Under the pieces are notes generated by a model. That model was not told the origin of the DNA, did no database searches, and was given only the letters and a program-made list of their open reading frames with translations. A program made the translations under genes and the position numbers. From Chiloscyllium plagiosum (lineage: Eukaryota), in the NCBI RefSeq assembly GCF_004010195.1, contig NC_057750.1, positions 3,950,381 to 3,999,796 on the forward strand: DNA of 49,416 nucleotides, written 5' to 3'. Shown one piece after another: positions 22,507 to 36,852 of this stretch; position 1 is the stretch's first letter, and each line of letters starts with the position of its first letter.

Positions 22507-23870
22507 TAAGAAAGTGCTGCATTGTCAGAGGTGCTGCCTCTCCCTGAGACGTTAAACCAAAGGCCTGTGTGCGTACTGAGGGAGTGTTGCACTGGCAGAG
22601 GTGCTGTTTTTCAATGAGATGATAACTGAGACCTGTGTGTGTACTGAGGGAGTGCTGCACTAGCAGAGGTGCTGTTTTTCAATGAGATGATAACGGAGAC
22701 CTGTGTGCGGTACCAAGGAAGTGCTGCACTGGCAGAGGCGCTATTATCCCACGGAACATTAGACTGAGTGCCCTCTGCTGGAGTACTGGAGCCAGTGCCT
22801 GCTGGAGAGCTCACTATGAACCTGTGCCAACAATCACTGCCTCCCCTAACCCCTCCAGACATACACACACACACTTTCTCACATGCAGCACATCAAAACA
22901 AAATTACAGAGACATTTTAGGATCTTGCTGCACAATATTCACAATTACAATTGGGGAGTGCCTCATTGTAGCAAATCACTTTGAAGATGTGCAGGTTAGG
23001 GTGGATTGGCCGTGGTAAATTGTCCAAGAATGTGCAGACTAGGTGGGTTAGCCATGGGAAATGCAGGGTTACAGGGATAGATTGAGGGGTGAGTCAGGGT
23101 GGGATGCTCTTCGGAGGGTCAGTGTGTGCTCGATGGGCTGAATAGCCTGCTTCCACACTGTAGGGATTCGATGATTCTATAAATGGTACAGAGAGATGGA
23201 AAGGTTTCAGACAAACAATGCTATTTCATATCTTGTCACTACTGACAGGCTAAAGTGACAGCCACAGGGATTGAAGGGAGGTTGGGAGTCTGTCTCCCAG
23301 CCTTCCTGTCCAGCTTGTCGCTGAATGAGTCTTGTTCAACAACAACTGACCTGGAAGTCCGAGGGGATGAAGGAGTGGGGAACTTTGTTTTCATCGTTCA
23401 TAGGATGTGGGCACCGCTGGCCAGACCAGCCTTTGTTAGCTTTCTGAGGAAGAGTCAGCCACAGTGCCGTAGGTCGGGAGTCACCTGTAGGCCAGACCAG
23501 GTCAGCATTAGAGACAAAAAAAACCTGCAGATGCTGGAATCCAAATAGACAGACAGGAAGCTGGAAGAACACAGCAAGCCAGGCAGCATCAGGAAGTGGA
23601 GGAGGGTTAAGAAGGTGCAGACTCAAGAAGGGTTACACCTGAAACGTTGACTTCCGCAAGACGAGGTCAGGATTGCAGATTTCCTTCGCTAAAGGACCTT
23701 AATGAACCCGATAGCTGTTGCTGATCACCATAGTAATATTGATCATCTGTGGCCCATGGGAGATCATCTGAGCCTCAGTTCCAGGTTCACTTTCTAGTTG
23801 GGCCCCAATCCTGACCTTTCACTCGTGACAGTCTGTGACAGTCACCCTGATCTTACTGGAGTGGTAGCAA

Positions 23871-23934
23871 GATGGTGCAGACCTGCTGAGGCCTGAGGAT
23901 CTGATGGTGCAGACCTGCTGAGGCCTGAGGATCT
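23871..23934 (+). repeat. Perfect 32-bp tandem duplication GATGGTGCAGACCTGCTGAGGCCTGAGGATCT x2
   Basis: Seen directly. Confidence 0.92.
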
Positions 23935-25789
23935 GTTCACCTGCACCTTGTGACTTTCACCAACGCTGTGGGATCTTTGCGTCACTTGAAGGGTGGGTAC
24001 TCAGTTTAGTGACTCCTTCATGAGACGGCACCATGGACAGTGCAGAATCTCCTTCAACACTCCACATGGAGCTCCAGTTTGACCTCCTGCTGAGAAGCAG
24101 TACCTCTGACAGTGTTGAGCTCCCTCAAGCCCGCATTGGGAGCGTCAACCTGGAGAGGGACTCAGACCTACAACGATCTGCCTCTGAAGCGAGGATGCTG
24201 CAGTGAAGATGAAGCTGCGTGTGCTAGTGTGGTACAAGCTGATGGGAATAGGAAGATCCCATAATCAATGCCTGGTTTGGTGCTGTGGGCTGGTTTCAAC
24301 CGAATGTTTGAATTATTCATTCAAAAGCTGACTCCCTGTGCCCAATGCACCCACACACACAGACGGTGGGGGGACTGAGGGGGGCATTATGATGGGACAC
24401 TGACACAGTCAAGCTACCTCCCGAGAGCTCCCAGCCAGGCCTGAGATTGAATAACAACCTCTCCCCAAGAGGTCACCTGGAGAACATTCCCCCTCAGTGG
24501 TTAAAGGAGGAGAAACAGATCGTTCTCTCTCACTGCCATGACTGGGTTTCTCAAAAGGCGTATTTATTTGCAAGTGGAGAGAGTGATAGAAAAGAGAGAT
24601 GGGCAAAAAGAGAGAGAAACAGAAAGAGAGAGACAGTGAGAGAAAAACAGATAGAAGGAGGGAGGGACATGGAAAGAGAGAAATGGAGACGGAAAGAGGG
24701 AAGGATGGAAAGAAACTGAGAGGCAGAAACTGTGAGTGGGGGGGGGGGGTGAAGTGAGACAGAGAAAGAAAAAAAGAGAGAGTGCAAGAGAAAGAGACTG
24801 AAAAATGTCAAGGTCACCTGATTAGAATCTGTCCCTCCCTTGGAACCAAATGCAACGAATAAAACAAACCCTTCATTGTCGAGGCCTCGGTCTGAACCCA
24901 AGTGAGTTAACCCCTTGCTTTCCTCCCCACTAGCATTTCTGCCCCCATTACTGACACGCGTTTTGCCTCAGGATGTTTTTACTGGATGTGCCAATGCTTA
25001 CATTGTCCCCCGTAACAGGAGAAACTGAGCATGGACAGTATGGCAATGAGGAATCCAACAGCTCAGTCCAAATAATAAACTGACAGACTTGGAATTGTCT
25101 GGCCTGGCATTGAGCTAGCCAGTTACAGCAGAAGAACAATAGAGTGTCATGTTTCAGGTAATCGCCAGTAAGATGGAGTCAGAGACCTTTATAGCCTCAG
25201 GTCTATGTTATATCCCTTAAAGGTACACTGACATACTGGATTGAATCTAACTTTTTTGTGGCTTGGGCCAGAGCATTGGGTTTTTTTGAAGTACTTTTCA
25301 CTGCAGGACCGAAAGAATTTTCTTGCTATAACTTGCTGCATTAACTATCCACTCCATCTCTACAGCATCCCTCTCATCCAACTCTGGACCCAACTTACCA
25401 CCCGCTATTCCTGGAACAGCTCAGCACTGCGGGGATATCCTGGAATTGACCAGAATTCCCGGTGCCATCTTTAAAAGGCTGCTGTGAATTTGGTATCTAT
25501 AAGGATCCTGACATTTGCCCCAGATATGGCAGACAAGAGGAATTTGATACGCTGCTTTGTGCACAGAGGTCTGGAGATCTGCTAGACAGGATAATGCACG
25601 TGTGGGATATCATCCCCCCACAACCAGTGGAAGAGCCCCCAACACCAGCAGATTGGTGTTACAGCGAGCACTACTGGTGCACTTGAGGATTGGAGATAGC
25701 GCCATGAGGCTTCTTAGAACCTGGCACATGTTCAATGTCAATGCCCATGGATGTGGGATGTGCATGGAGCACAACTGGATATATTGGTG

Positions 25790-26300
25790 CCTGAACATTG
25801 TGCTTTGGAGAGGGTGCAGAGAAGGTTTACAAGGATGTTGTTTGGTATGGAAGGTGCTAGCTATGAAGAGAGTTTGAGTAGGTTAGGATTGTTTTCATTA
25901 GAGAAAAGGAGATTGAGGGGGACCTGATTGAGGTCTACAACATCATGAAGGGTATAGATAGCGTAGATAGAAATAAGCTTTTTCCCAGGGTGAGGGATTC
26001 AATAATGAGAGGTCACAGTTTCAAGGTGAGAGGTGAAAAGTTTAAGGGGGATACAAGCAGCAAGTACTTCACACAGAGGGTGGTAGGTGTCTGGAACGCG
26101 TTGCCAGCAGAGGTAGTAGAGGCAGGGATGGTAAATTCATTTAAGATGCATCTGGATAGATGCATGAGTAGGTGGGGAGCAGAGGGATACAGATCCTTAG
26201 GAATTGGGCGATAGGTTTGGACAGTGGATTTGGATCGGCGCAGGCTTGGAGGGCCGAAGGGCCTGTTCTTGGGCTGTAAATTTTCTTTATTCTTTGTTCT
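25790..26300 (+). mobile_element. CR1 LINE 3' fragment; similar fragments at about 18280-18815, 21195-21590, 30455-30770(-), 40790-41160, 43065-43270, 46100-46380(-)
   Basis: MKGIDSVDRNKLFPRV...RGHSFKVRG...FTQRVVGVWNALP. Confidence 0.85.
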
Positions 26301-27089
26301 AACCTGGATGCCCTTTGTCACAAGCAGTGAGCGGACGATACAGCTACCAGTGTCTGGTTGATTGGGAGTGTTTAGTAAGATAGGAAACTGAACAATAATG
26401 AGGTGAATTGTGGCATTAACAAGGGCTTTAATGAGCTATAATCCCCTTTAATTGCAAACTATCCACTGCCAAGTGAGAAACTCACCACCGTGCTCAGCAG
26501 ATCCATAAAAGTTGAACTGGTTTCTCAGACACGCCCTGTGTGAGTGACCAGTGTTTAATCCTGTTTGGCTACAGCAGGCATCAGGCTTTTGGGAATGGTA
26601 TTTCCTCTAGCCTCAGCACTCCGATGTCACACTGTGCAGCTAATTCTTTGTCTTCCCTCTTTGACCCACCAAGAGAATGTTACATGCACAGTGCAATCCC
26701 AGCATCCAAACGGCTATTGTATGTTGTGGCCATGGAGGGATTTGAAGACACAGATGAGAATTTTAAATTGAGAGGGACATTGTTGGACCTGCCTTTAAGC
26801 TCTGTGCATTTCTGTAGGACAACAGGATCACGCAGAGTATGTGCTGACTGGGCTCTCTGAGTATTCACTCTGAAACCCACACTGAACCCAGTCCAAAAAT
26901 TGTAGTTGATGCATCAAATTAAAGTGTTGACTTTCGAACACCACATTAGCCTGGGTCTGGGCTGACCAGAAAGGTTAATGAACAGATACACACACAGGGT
27001 AAACATCAGTCTAACTGGAAGTGAAATCACTGGAGAGAGACGAGGTTTCTGAAGCCAGAATTAAATCTCTGAGAGGTGGGGACTTTACA

Positions 27090-27830
27090 CATCCCACTTA
27101 ATGGTAATGTCCTGAGGAGTGTTGCCAAACAGACAGACCTTGGGGTGCAAGTTCATAGTTCCTTGAAAGTGGAGTTGCAGGTTGGTAGGGTAGCAAAGAA
27201 AGCATTTGGTTTTCTAGCCTTTATGGTCAGTGCATTGAGTATAAGAGTTGTGAGGTCATGTTGCGGCTGTACAGGACATTGGTTATGCCACTTTTGGAAT
27301 ACTGTGTTCAGTTCTGGTCTCCATGGTATAGGAAGGATGTTGTGAAACTTGAAAGGGTTCAGAAAATATTTACAAGGATGTCGCTGGGGTTGGAGGGTTT
27401 GAGCTATAGGGAGAGATTGAATAGGCTGGGGCTGTTTTACGTGGAGGGTTAGGGACTGAGAGGTGACCTTACAGAATTTTATAAAAATCAAGAAGGTCAT
27501 TGATAAGGGGAATAGACAAAGTCTTTTTCACAAGGTAGGGGAGTCCAAAACTAGAGGGAAAAGGTGTAAGATGAGAGGGAAAAGATTTAAAAGGGATCTA
27601 AGGGGCAACGTTTTCACCCAGAGGGTGGTGTGTCTATGGAATGAGCTGCCAGAGGAAGTGGTGGAGGCTGATACAATTACAACAGTTGAAAGACATCTGG
27701 ATGGGTATATGAATAGACAGGGTTTGGAGGGCCAAATACTGACAAATGGGACTAAATTAATTTAGGATTTTGGCATAGATGAGTTCAACCAAAGGGTCTG
27801 TTTCCATGCTGTACATCACTACGACTCTGT
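27090..27830 (+). mobile_element. CR1 LINE 3' fragment
   Basis: DLGVQVHSSLKV; MLRLYRTLVMPLLEYCVQFWSP; WNELPEEVV. Confidence 0.9.
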
Positions 27831-28002
27831 CACTATGTGTGCAGAATTAGCACTCGGACATCCTAGAACAGGCAATGTGGTAATGTCCAGATAATTTAGT
27901 TTTTTCTGTGCGTTCAAAGATCAGTATGCAACTATAGCAAATAATCAGGAAAGCAAATAGAACGTTTAATACAGGGGAATGAAAGAGAGAGGAAAGGTGC
28001 TT

Positions 28003-29755
28003 CAGTTATACAGCGCTCTGGTGGGACCACATGCTCAGATATACAGCTCTCTGGTCGGTCCACATGTTCAGTTTTACAGCGCTCGGGTGGGACAACATCC
28101 TCAGTTATACAGCGCATGGGCAGGACCACATACTCAGTTATACAGCGCTCTGGTGGGTCCACGTGCTCAGTTGTACAGCGGTCTGGTGGGACCACCTGCT
28201 CAGTTGTACAGCGCTCGGGTGGGACCATGTGCTCAGATATACAACGCTCTGGTGGGACCACCTGCTCAGTTATACAGCGCTCTGGTGGGACCACCTGCTC
28301 AGTTACCCAGCGCTCTAGTGGGTCCACGTGTTCAGTTTTACGGCGCTCAGGTGGGAACACATGCTCAGTTATACATCGCTCTGGTGGTACCACATGCTCA
28401 GTTACACAGCGTGCGGGTGGGAACACATGCTCAGTTATACATCGCTCGGGTGGGACCACATGCTCAGTTATACATCGCTCGGGTGGGACCACATGCTCAG
28501 TTATACATCGCTCGGGTGGGACCACATGCTCAGTTATACATCGCTCGGGTGGGTCCACGTATTCAGTTATACATCGCTCGGGTGGGTCCACGTATTCAGT
28601 TGTACAGCGCTCGGGTGGGACCATGTGCTCAGTTGTACAGCGCTCTGGTGGGACCTCGTGCTCAGTTATACATCGCTCGGGTGGGTCCACGTATTCAGTT
28701 ATACAGCGCTCGGGTGGGACCATGTGCTCAGTTGTACAGCGCTCGGATGGGACCTCGTGCTCAGTTGTACAGCGCTCGGGTGGGACCACGTGCTCAGTTG
28801 TACAGCGCTCGGGTGGGACCACGTACTCAGTTGTACAGCGCTCGGGTGGGACCACGTGTTCAGTTATACAGCGCTCTGGTGGGACCTCGTGCTCAGTTAT
28901 ACAGCGCTCTGGTGGGATGTGTTCAGTTGTACAGCGGTCTGGTGGGACCACCTGCTCAGTTGTACAGCGCTCGGGTGGGACCATGTGCTCAGTTATACAG
29001 CCCTCGGGTGGGACCATGTGCTCAGTTATACAGCGCTCAGGTGGGACCACGTGCTTAGTTGTACAGCACTCTGGTGGGGCCACGTGCTCAGTTGTACAGC
29101 GCTCGGGTGGGACCATGTGCTCAGTTGTACATCGCTCTGGTGGGACCACGTGCTCATTTGTACAGCGCTTGGGTGGGACCACATATTCAGTTATACATCG
29201 CTCCGGTGGGAGCACGTGCTCAGTTATACAGCGTTCGGGTGGGACCACATGCTCAGATATACAGCGCTCTGGTGGGACCACATGCTCAGATATACAGCGC
29301 TCGGGTGGGACCACATGCTCAGATATACAGCACTCTGGTGTGACCACATGCTCAGTTGGACAGCGCTCTGGTGGGTCCACGTGTTCAGTTATACAGCGCT
29401 CTGGTGGGACCACATGCTCAGTTGGACAGCGCTCTGGTGGGTCCATGTGTTCAGTTATACAGCGCTCGGGTGGGACATCGTGCTCAGTTGTACAGCACTC
29501 GGGTGGGACCACGTGCTCAGTTATACAGCGCTCTGGTGCGACCACATGCTCAATTGTACAGCGCTCTGGTGGTTCCATGTGTTCAGTTATACAGCACTCT
29601 GGTGGGACCATGTGTTCAGTTATGCAGCACTCTGGTGGGACCACATGCTCAGGTGGGACCACATGCTCAGGTGGGACCACATGCTCAGATATACAGCGCT
29701 CTGCTGGGACCATGTACTCAGGTGTACAGCACTCTGGTGGGACCCTGTGCTCAGT
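28003..29755 (+). repeat. 33-bp minisatellite, about 53 copies, unit CAGTTATACAGCGCTCTGGTGGGACCACATGCT, seeded from CR1 ORF2
   Basis: Period 33. Preceded in register by a CR1-like fragment at 27926-28002; the unit translates as QLYSALVGPHA, resembling CR1 QLYRALVRPHL. Confidence 0.95.
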
Positions 29756-31354
29756 GAACCTGATGGGTTTTTCCAACAATTGACCATGGTTTCATAGTCA
29801 TCATTAAATCCAGATGCAAATTCCACCATTTTGGGATTTGAACAAGCATCCCAGTACATTAGCTGTGTTGCTGGATTTGTGGTCTCCCCACGGGAGGTGA
29901 ACTCTCTCAAGGCAGTAGAAGCAGCGTCTTTGAATATTTTTAAGGCAAAGACAGAAAAATTCTCGATGAACAAGGAGACAAAAACTTAGCAGTGGTAGGC
30001 GAAGCTGTGAAATAATCAGCTATAATCTGATTCGATAGTGGAACAGTTTTGAAGAGCCAGGTGGCCTGCTCCTGTTCTGAATGGAATCATCCGTAGAGAT
30101 TAGTCCCATGTAAAGCATTGAATGATACCTGAAGATGTTATTGCACTCTACGTTATCTTGAGAACTTTCTTATTAGCTGAGATGGTGATGTGGCTTAAAG
30201 CAATGTTGTAAAATCTTTTTAATCTGCCCATGGAATGTCACACAGTCTGCCATCTTGCACTTAAAAGATCTTGTGGTCACGATTTAGAAGAGCAGCAGGG
30301 GCATTCTCTCTGGTGCGCTGGTCAATATTTATCTTTCAACCAATATCTCACGCACAAAATAAAAACAATTACCTGGGCATTATCACACTGCAATGGGAGC
30401 TTACAGTGCGCAAACAGGCTGCTGGATCTCCGGAATTACAACAATTGAATTGTAGAGTCATAGAGATGTACAGCATGGAAACAGACCCTTTGGTCCAACC
30501 CGTCCAGATATCCCATCCCAATCTCGTGCTACCTGCCAGGACCCAGCCCACATCCCTGCAAACCCTTCCTATTTATATACCCATCCAAATGCCTCTTAAA
30601 TGTTGTAATTGTACCAGCTAAACCTCTATAATGTCACCCCTCAACCTTCGACGCTCCAGAGAAAAGAGACCCAGCCTGTTCAGCCTCTCCCTGTAGCTCA
30701 AATCCTCCAACCCTGGCAATATCCTTATAAATCTTTTCTGAACCCTTTCAAGGTTCACAACATCTTTCCGATAGGATTCATAGCTCATTAGTGATAAAGC
30801 ACCATTGTGTAAGCTGTGTGGAAATAAAACTCCACATTTCCATTTTTTTTCCCAGCCTGGCCTTGTGAATTACTATTTTCTCCCCAAGGGCTGTTTTTGT
30901 CTCCCAGAGTTAACGGCAAGGAAACAATGCAATGCCACTTCTGCTTCTGTTCTGCAGCAGCTGATTCACACCAATAGCCCACACCCACTGACCTCCACCG
31001 CCTGCGGTCTGACAACACCCCCGTTTTGAAACTGAAGTTGTCAGTGCTACAAGGACAGAGGCTGGAAGGTATACAGTCAAATGACTTGGAAAATATTTAT
31101 ATTCTTGTTTTTCACATGTCAAGATTTGTTTTTAGTTCCGGTTTTTGGATTTATGTCACAGTAGCTCACTATCTCATGGTAATGTCCATCTAGCATTGCT
31201 TTCGGGCCAACTGGAAAGGCTGATTGACCCCTTGCCCTCTGGAGTTGCTATCAACTCAGTTAACTCACAAGCTTTCATTGGGTCTGGATTCAATCCATAA
31301 CTGACTAGATCACTTCCTTCAGCTTCTGGCTATTGTCTAAGGTGCATTGAATTT

Positions 31355-31676
31355 GATTAGATTAGATTAGATTACTTACAGTGTGGAAACAGGCCCTTCA
31401 GCCCAACAAGTTCACACCGTCCCGCCGAAGCACAACCCACCCATACCCCTACACATCTACCCTTTACCTAACACTACGGGAAATTTAGCGTGGCCAATTC
31501 ACCTGACCTGCACATCTTTGGACTGTGGCAGGAAACTGGAGCACCCGGAGGAAACCCACGCAGGCACGGGGAGAATGTGCAAACTCCACACAGTCAGTCG
31601 CCTGAGGCGGGAATTGAACCCGGGTCTATGGCGCTGTGAGGCAGCAGTGCTAACCATTGTGCCACCGTGCCGCCCA
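31355..31676 (-). mobile_element. Full-length HE1-type V-SINE
   Basis: Minus-strand 5' end gggcggcacggtggcacaatggttagcactgc, V-domain and (taatc)n tail. Confidence 0.88.
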
Positions 31677-34600
31677 CCCAGAGTTTAGATCAGAGTGGTG
31701 CTGGAGAAGCACAGCAGGTCAGGCAGCATCCAAGGAGCAGGAAAATAGACGTTTCGGGCAAGAGCCCTTCATCAGGAATCCAACCAGGAATTTGAGTCCA
31801 ACCTACAGGTCCAGGTTGACACTCCCATATGCAATACTGAGGGAGTGCTGCACTGCCGGAGATGCCATTACTTGGGTTAACATTAAAGCAACTGCCTACC
31901 AGTTTTTAAAAATTATTTCTTGGGAGGTCATGACTGCTAAGGCCAGAATTAATTGCCCATCCCTAATTGGCCTGGAGAAGGCAGTAGAGAGCACTGCAGA
32001 TGCTGGTGACTAGAGTTGAGTGTGTGGTGCTGGAAAAGCACAGCAGGTCAGGCAGCATCTGAGGAGAAGGAGAATTGCGTTTCAGGCAAAAGCCCTTCGT
32101 CAGGAAGGCGGTGTTGAGCTGCCGTCTGGAAGCAGTGCAGTAAGTATGCTGTAGGTAGACCCATGGGAGAAAGTGCCAGGAGTTAAATTGAGTGATGGTA
32201 AAGAAAAAGTGATATTTTCAAAGCAGGCTGGTGCATGACTTGGAGGGAAACTTGCAGGAGGTGTTATTCCCATGTGTCGACTGCTCCTCATCAATGGTGG
32301 AAGTTATGGGTTTGGAAGATGCTGTCTAAGGAGCCTTGGTGAATATCTGCAGTGCGTCTTGTAGATGGTACACACTACTGCTACTGAGCATCGGTGGTGG
32401 AGGGAGTGGATGCTTTTGAATATGGTGCCAATCAAACATTCTGCTTTGTCCTGGATAGTATCAAGCTTCTGGAGTGTTGTTGGAGCTGTACTCATCCAGG
32501 ACAAGTGGGGAGAATTCCATCACACTCCTCCCTTCGTGCCTTGTAGATGGTGGACAGGCTTTGGGGAGTCAGGAGGTGAGTTACCCACTGCAGTATTCCT
32601 CGCCTTTGACTTGCTCCTGTAGCCACAGTATTTACATGGTTGGTCGTGTTCAGTTTCTGGTCAGTGGTAACTCCCAGAATGTTGGAAGTGGACAAATCAG
32701 TGATGGTAATGCTGTTGAATATCAAAGGATGATGTTTAGGCTCTGACACCTGACATTTGTGTGGCCTAGGTGTTACTTGCCACCTGGCTTCCCAAGTCTA
32801 GTTATTATTCAGGTCTTTGCTGCCTATCGATTCAGACTGCCTCAGTGGCTGTGGAGTCACAAATTCTGTTGAATACAAGCATTGGTGAACATCCCCACTT
32901 TGGACCTTATAATGGAGGGGTGGTCATTGATGAAGCAGCTGAAGATGGTTGGGCCTGGGACACTACCCTGAGGAACTCCTGCAGAGATGTATTGGAGCTG
33001 AGATGACTGACCTCCAACAACCACAACCATCTTCCTACGTGTCAGTTATAACTCCAACCACTGGAGAGCTTTCCCCCTCGACTTCCATTGATTCCAGTTT
33101 TACTAAGACTTCAAATTCCACACTCAGTCAGATGCAGCCTTACTGTCAAGGGCAGTCCCTCTCCCCTCCCGTCTGGAATTCAGCTCTTTTGTCCATGTTT
33201 GAACCAAGGCTGTAATGAGGTTAGGAGCTGAGTGACCCTGGCAGAACCCAAACTGGGCGTCACTGAGCAGGTTATTGCTGAGTGAGTGCTGCATGATAGC
33301 ACTGTTAATGACATCTTCCATCACTTTACTGATTATCAAGAGTAGAGCAATGGGGCAAGAGTTAGGAGGGTTGGATGTATACTGATGTTTTGTGTGCAGG
33401 ATATCCTTAGATAATTTTCCACATTGTCAGATAGATGCCAGTGTTGTAGCAACTGGACTAGAGGTGTGACAAGGTCTAGAGCGCAAGTCTTCAATGTCTT
33501 TGCTTGAATGTTGGGCCCTAGCTTTTGCAGTATTCATTGCCATGAGACATTCCTCACTCTCATGTGGAGTGAATCAAATTGGCTGAAGAGTTGGACCTCA
33601 GGAGGAGGCCCAGTCTACACCTTTGGCAGCAGGTTGTTGTTTCAGTCTTGTGGGGTGGCACCAAAAGGGGGATCAAGCCAAGTGGGGCACGGTAAGCTGT
33701 GTTTAGGCCAGAATAGGTGCTGCACACCAGCCACAGTAACCCCATGACCTCCAGTACCATCATGATGGCAGGAGAGACAACTGTGGTGTTGTGATCCTGG
33801 CACCCACCTTGTAATCCGGGGGCCTAGGCTAATTCGTTGGGACATGGCAGCCTGGTGGAATTTTAAATTCAATCCAGAAAGGAAAGTTAGTCTCAACGAT
33901 GGGGAGCAGCAACTGTTCTAAAAGCCCAACTGATTTGCTAATGCCCTTTAGGGAAGGAAATCTGCTCTCTTTACCCAGTCTGGATTATATGTGACTCCAG
34001 ACCCACAGCAACATAGAGGGGACTCTTAACTACCCTCTGAAAGCCACTCAGCTCCAGGGCAATTAAGGATAGGCAACAAATGCTGGCCTTACCTAGTGAC
34101 ACTCATATCCCAAGGCAGAATTTTTTTCCATATACAAAGGGACCACCAGTCGTCCAAGAAACAAGTTCTACACCATCATGGGTGATGCTCAAGTCCCGTG
34201 ACTGAATAAAAACATCACAAAGACTCTCATCATGTGAGTTTCTAACTTGTCACTCTGGTTCTTTAACAACGTGACTGATCCTCCTTGGGGCACACGCACA
34301 GGATGTTGCATCCTGTTTTCTGTACTTTATATCCCAGAGATCTCCGTACTCCACTCCACGTGAATGTGAACTCTGCCAGAACCTCGCTGATTGGCAAAGA
34401 AAGGGTCAAGAGTGGAGTTTCTTTTCTATTTTGCGTGTGTTGTTTTCTTGTGAGTGAAACTCAGCAAAGGCCAGTGTCGAGGAAAAAAATGACAAAACCC
34501 CCTAAACCATACAAAACAAACACAACGTTTGTCTCACAAAGGACTCCAGGCTGTACATGTTTGTATCTATGCAAATTGTTTGCAGGGATCAAGTGCCACA

Positions 34601-35704
34601 TTCAAGTTAACTGGACGGATTCCAGGAGGGGAAAATGCCTGGCAACAATGAACAAAAAAACCAAGGCCTAGAGTGCCTCGTTACAAAACGTCCAGCTCAC
34701 TCCTTCAAACACCTGCGTGTATTTCAAAAGCCTCAACAGCTGGGCCTCAATTAACTCGCCAGCAGTTTCCAATTCCAATTTTACAGCAGGGATTTGCGGA
34801 ATAGCAACAGCACCCGGGAGGCCATTCGGCCTGCTGGCTTTCTAAAGAAATCAACTCATCTCTGCTACCTTGTCCCCCTTCTTCTAATCCGTGTCCATTC
34901 TTCCAGTTGAGGTTTTGCTTTTGAGAGCTTCAATTGTACCAGCCTCCCCCTCACTTTGAGGCAGCGTAACCTTTCCTAACCAATGTGTGAAAATTCCTCC
35001 TGGGTCGTGTCACTGTTGCTGCTAATGTCCATGAGCTTAAATGCTCACTGACTCTTCCACCAATGGGAATAGTTTCTCTCCCTTTATTCTATCCAGAACC
35101 CTCCTGGATTTGAACACCTCAATCGAATCTCCTCTCAGCCTTCACTTCTTAGTGAAGTCCCACCCTCAAGCTCCAACTGCTAAACTTAACGGAGGTTCCT
35201 CACCCCAGAGCCAATCTCATGATCCTTTCCTGGACCCTCTCTGATGCCTTCATATCCTCTGTTGTTCTCCAAGAGAAACCCATTCAGCCCCCTTAAGCCA
35301 CATTCTCCTTTCAATAAGATTGTAATTTAACATACTAGCCTTGGTTTCATATCTCCCTAACCCAACAAACATCTACGAATCCCAATTTTGGAAATTTCAA
35401 TTGAATCACCCCCTCTGTCCAACTCTCACACAGAGTCTCTCTCTCTCTCTCTCTCTCTTTTTCTTACACACACACACACACACACACACGGCTTTGAAGG
35501 GAGAGTTCCAAGCTCCCACTGCCTTTTCTGTGAGGCAGTGCTTCCTGACATCATCCTCAGACAATCTGGCTCCCATTTCAAGGAACTAGCCACTGAGATT
35601 TTGGTCAATGAGCAGATAACCATTTCTCTTTAATAAATAGCGAAGTCAGCCCAGGTAGCCGGGTGGGGAATGTTGAGGTCAGGATCTTGTCACTTTCAGG
35701 AAAG

Positions 35705-36345
35705 AACAGGATCTGGACCAGATGGGCCAATGGGCTGAGAAGTGGCAGATGGAGTTTAATTCAGATAAATGTTAGGTGCTGCATTTTGATAAAGCAAATC
35801 TTAGCGGGACTTATACACTTAATGGTAAGGTCCCAGGGAGGGTTGCTGAACAAAGAGACCTTGGAGTGCAAGTTCATAGCTCCTTGAAAGTAGAGTCGCA
35901 GGTAGATAGGATAGTGAAGGTGTTTGGTATGCGGCTGAGGCTGTTTTCCCTGGAGCACCGGAGGCTGAAGGGTGACCTTATAGAGGTTTACAAAATTATA
36001 AGGGGCATGGATAGGATAAATAGGCAAAGCTTTTTACCTGGTGTGGGGGAGTCCAGAACTAGAGGGCTTAGGTTTAGGGTGAGAGGGAAAATATATAAAA
36101 GAGACCTAAGGGGTAACTGTTTTCACACAGAGGGTGGTACGGGTTTGGAACGAACTGCCAGAGGAAGTGGTGGAGGGTGGTACAATTGCAACATTTAAGA
36201 GGCATTTGGATGGGTATATGAATAGGAAGGGTTTGGAGGGATATGGGCCGGGTGCTGGCAGGTGGGACTAGTTTGGGTTGGGATATCTGGACAGGTTGGA
36301 CCGAAGGGTCTGTTTCCATGCTGTACATCTCTATAACTCTATAAC
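35705..36345 (+). mobile_element. CR1 LINE with an internal deletion
   Basis: DLGVQVHSSLKVESQVDRIVKVFGM joined directly to LFSLEHRRLKGDLIEVYKII. Confidence 0.88.
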
Positions 36346-36852
36346 AACTGGAACTTGGCAAGCTCCAAGATGTCACTGCAGTCGATAGATTTTGTTCTTC
36401 ATCCCAAACCCAGAGGCTTCCCCTCCGCCTCCAATCCCAGCAGCGAGCATTGGTCACCCTGTAACATGGTGCCCAGTCCATGTGAACCGTGCTGACAGTG
36501 TCTGTGCAGCTCAGGAGCTGTCAGGTGGGGGTGGTGTCTCATGCATCTTCAGTCCCCACCAACTGCCGTCCCATGCCCCCTCGCCACTGGATCTGACCGC
36601 ACCTTCCGAAGGTTACAATGTGGCTCGAGAGCTGGAACTGATGATAATGTTTTCCGATTTCTTTTTGCACCTTCCTGATTTGTGAAGAGTCAGAATTACT
36701 TTTGGAATTGTATGTGCAATTCCGGTCTCCCTCCTATCAGAAGGATGTTGTGAAACTTGAAACGGTTCAGAAAAGATTTACAAGGATGTTGCCAGGACTA
36801 GAGCTTTAGGGAGCGACTGAATAGACTGGGGCTGTTTTCTCTGAAGCATTGG

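Noticed and set aside
27932..29797. 615, 555, 489 and 359 aa ORFs as a novel repeat protein gene
   Set aside because: Open in most frames on both strands because of a 33-bp unit; traceable to a CR1 fragment; no unique coding flanks.
31600..31676. tRNA genes at A/B-box-containing segments (also 12380-12600, 37110-37174)
   Set aside because: These are SINE heads contiguous with SINE bodies; no complete cloverleaf seen.
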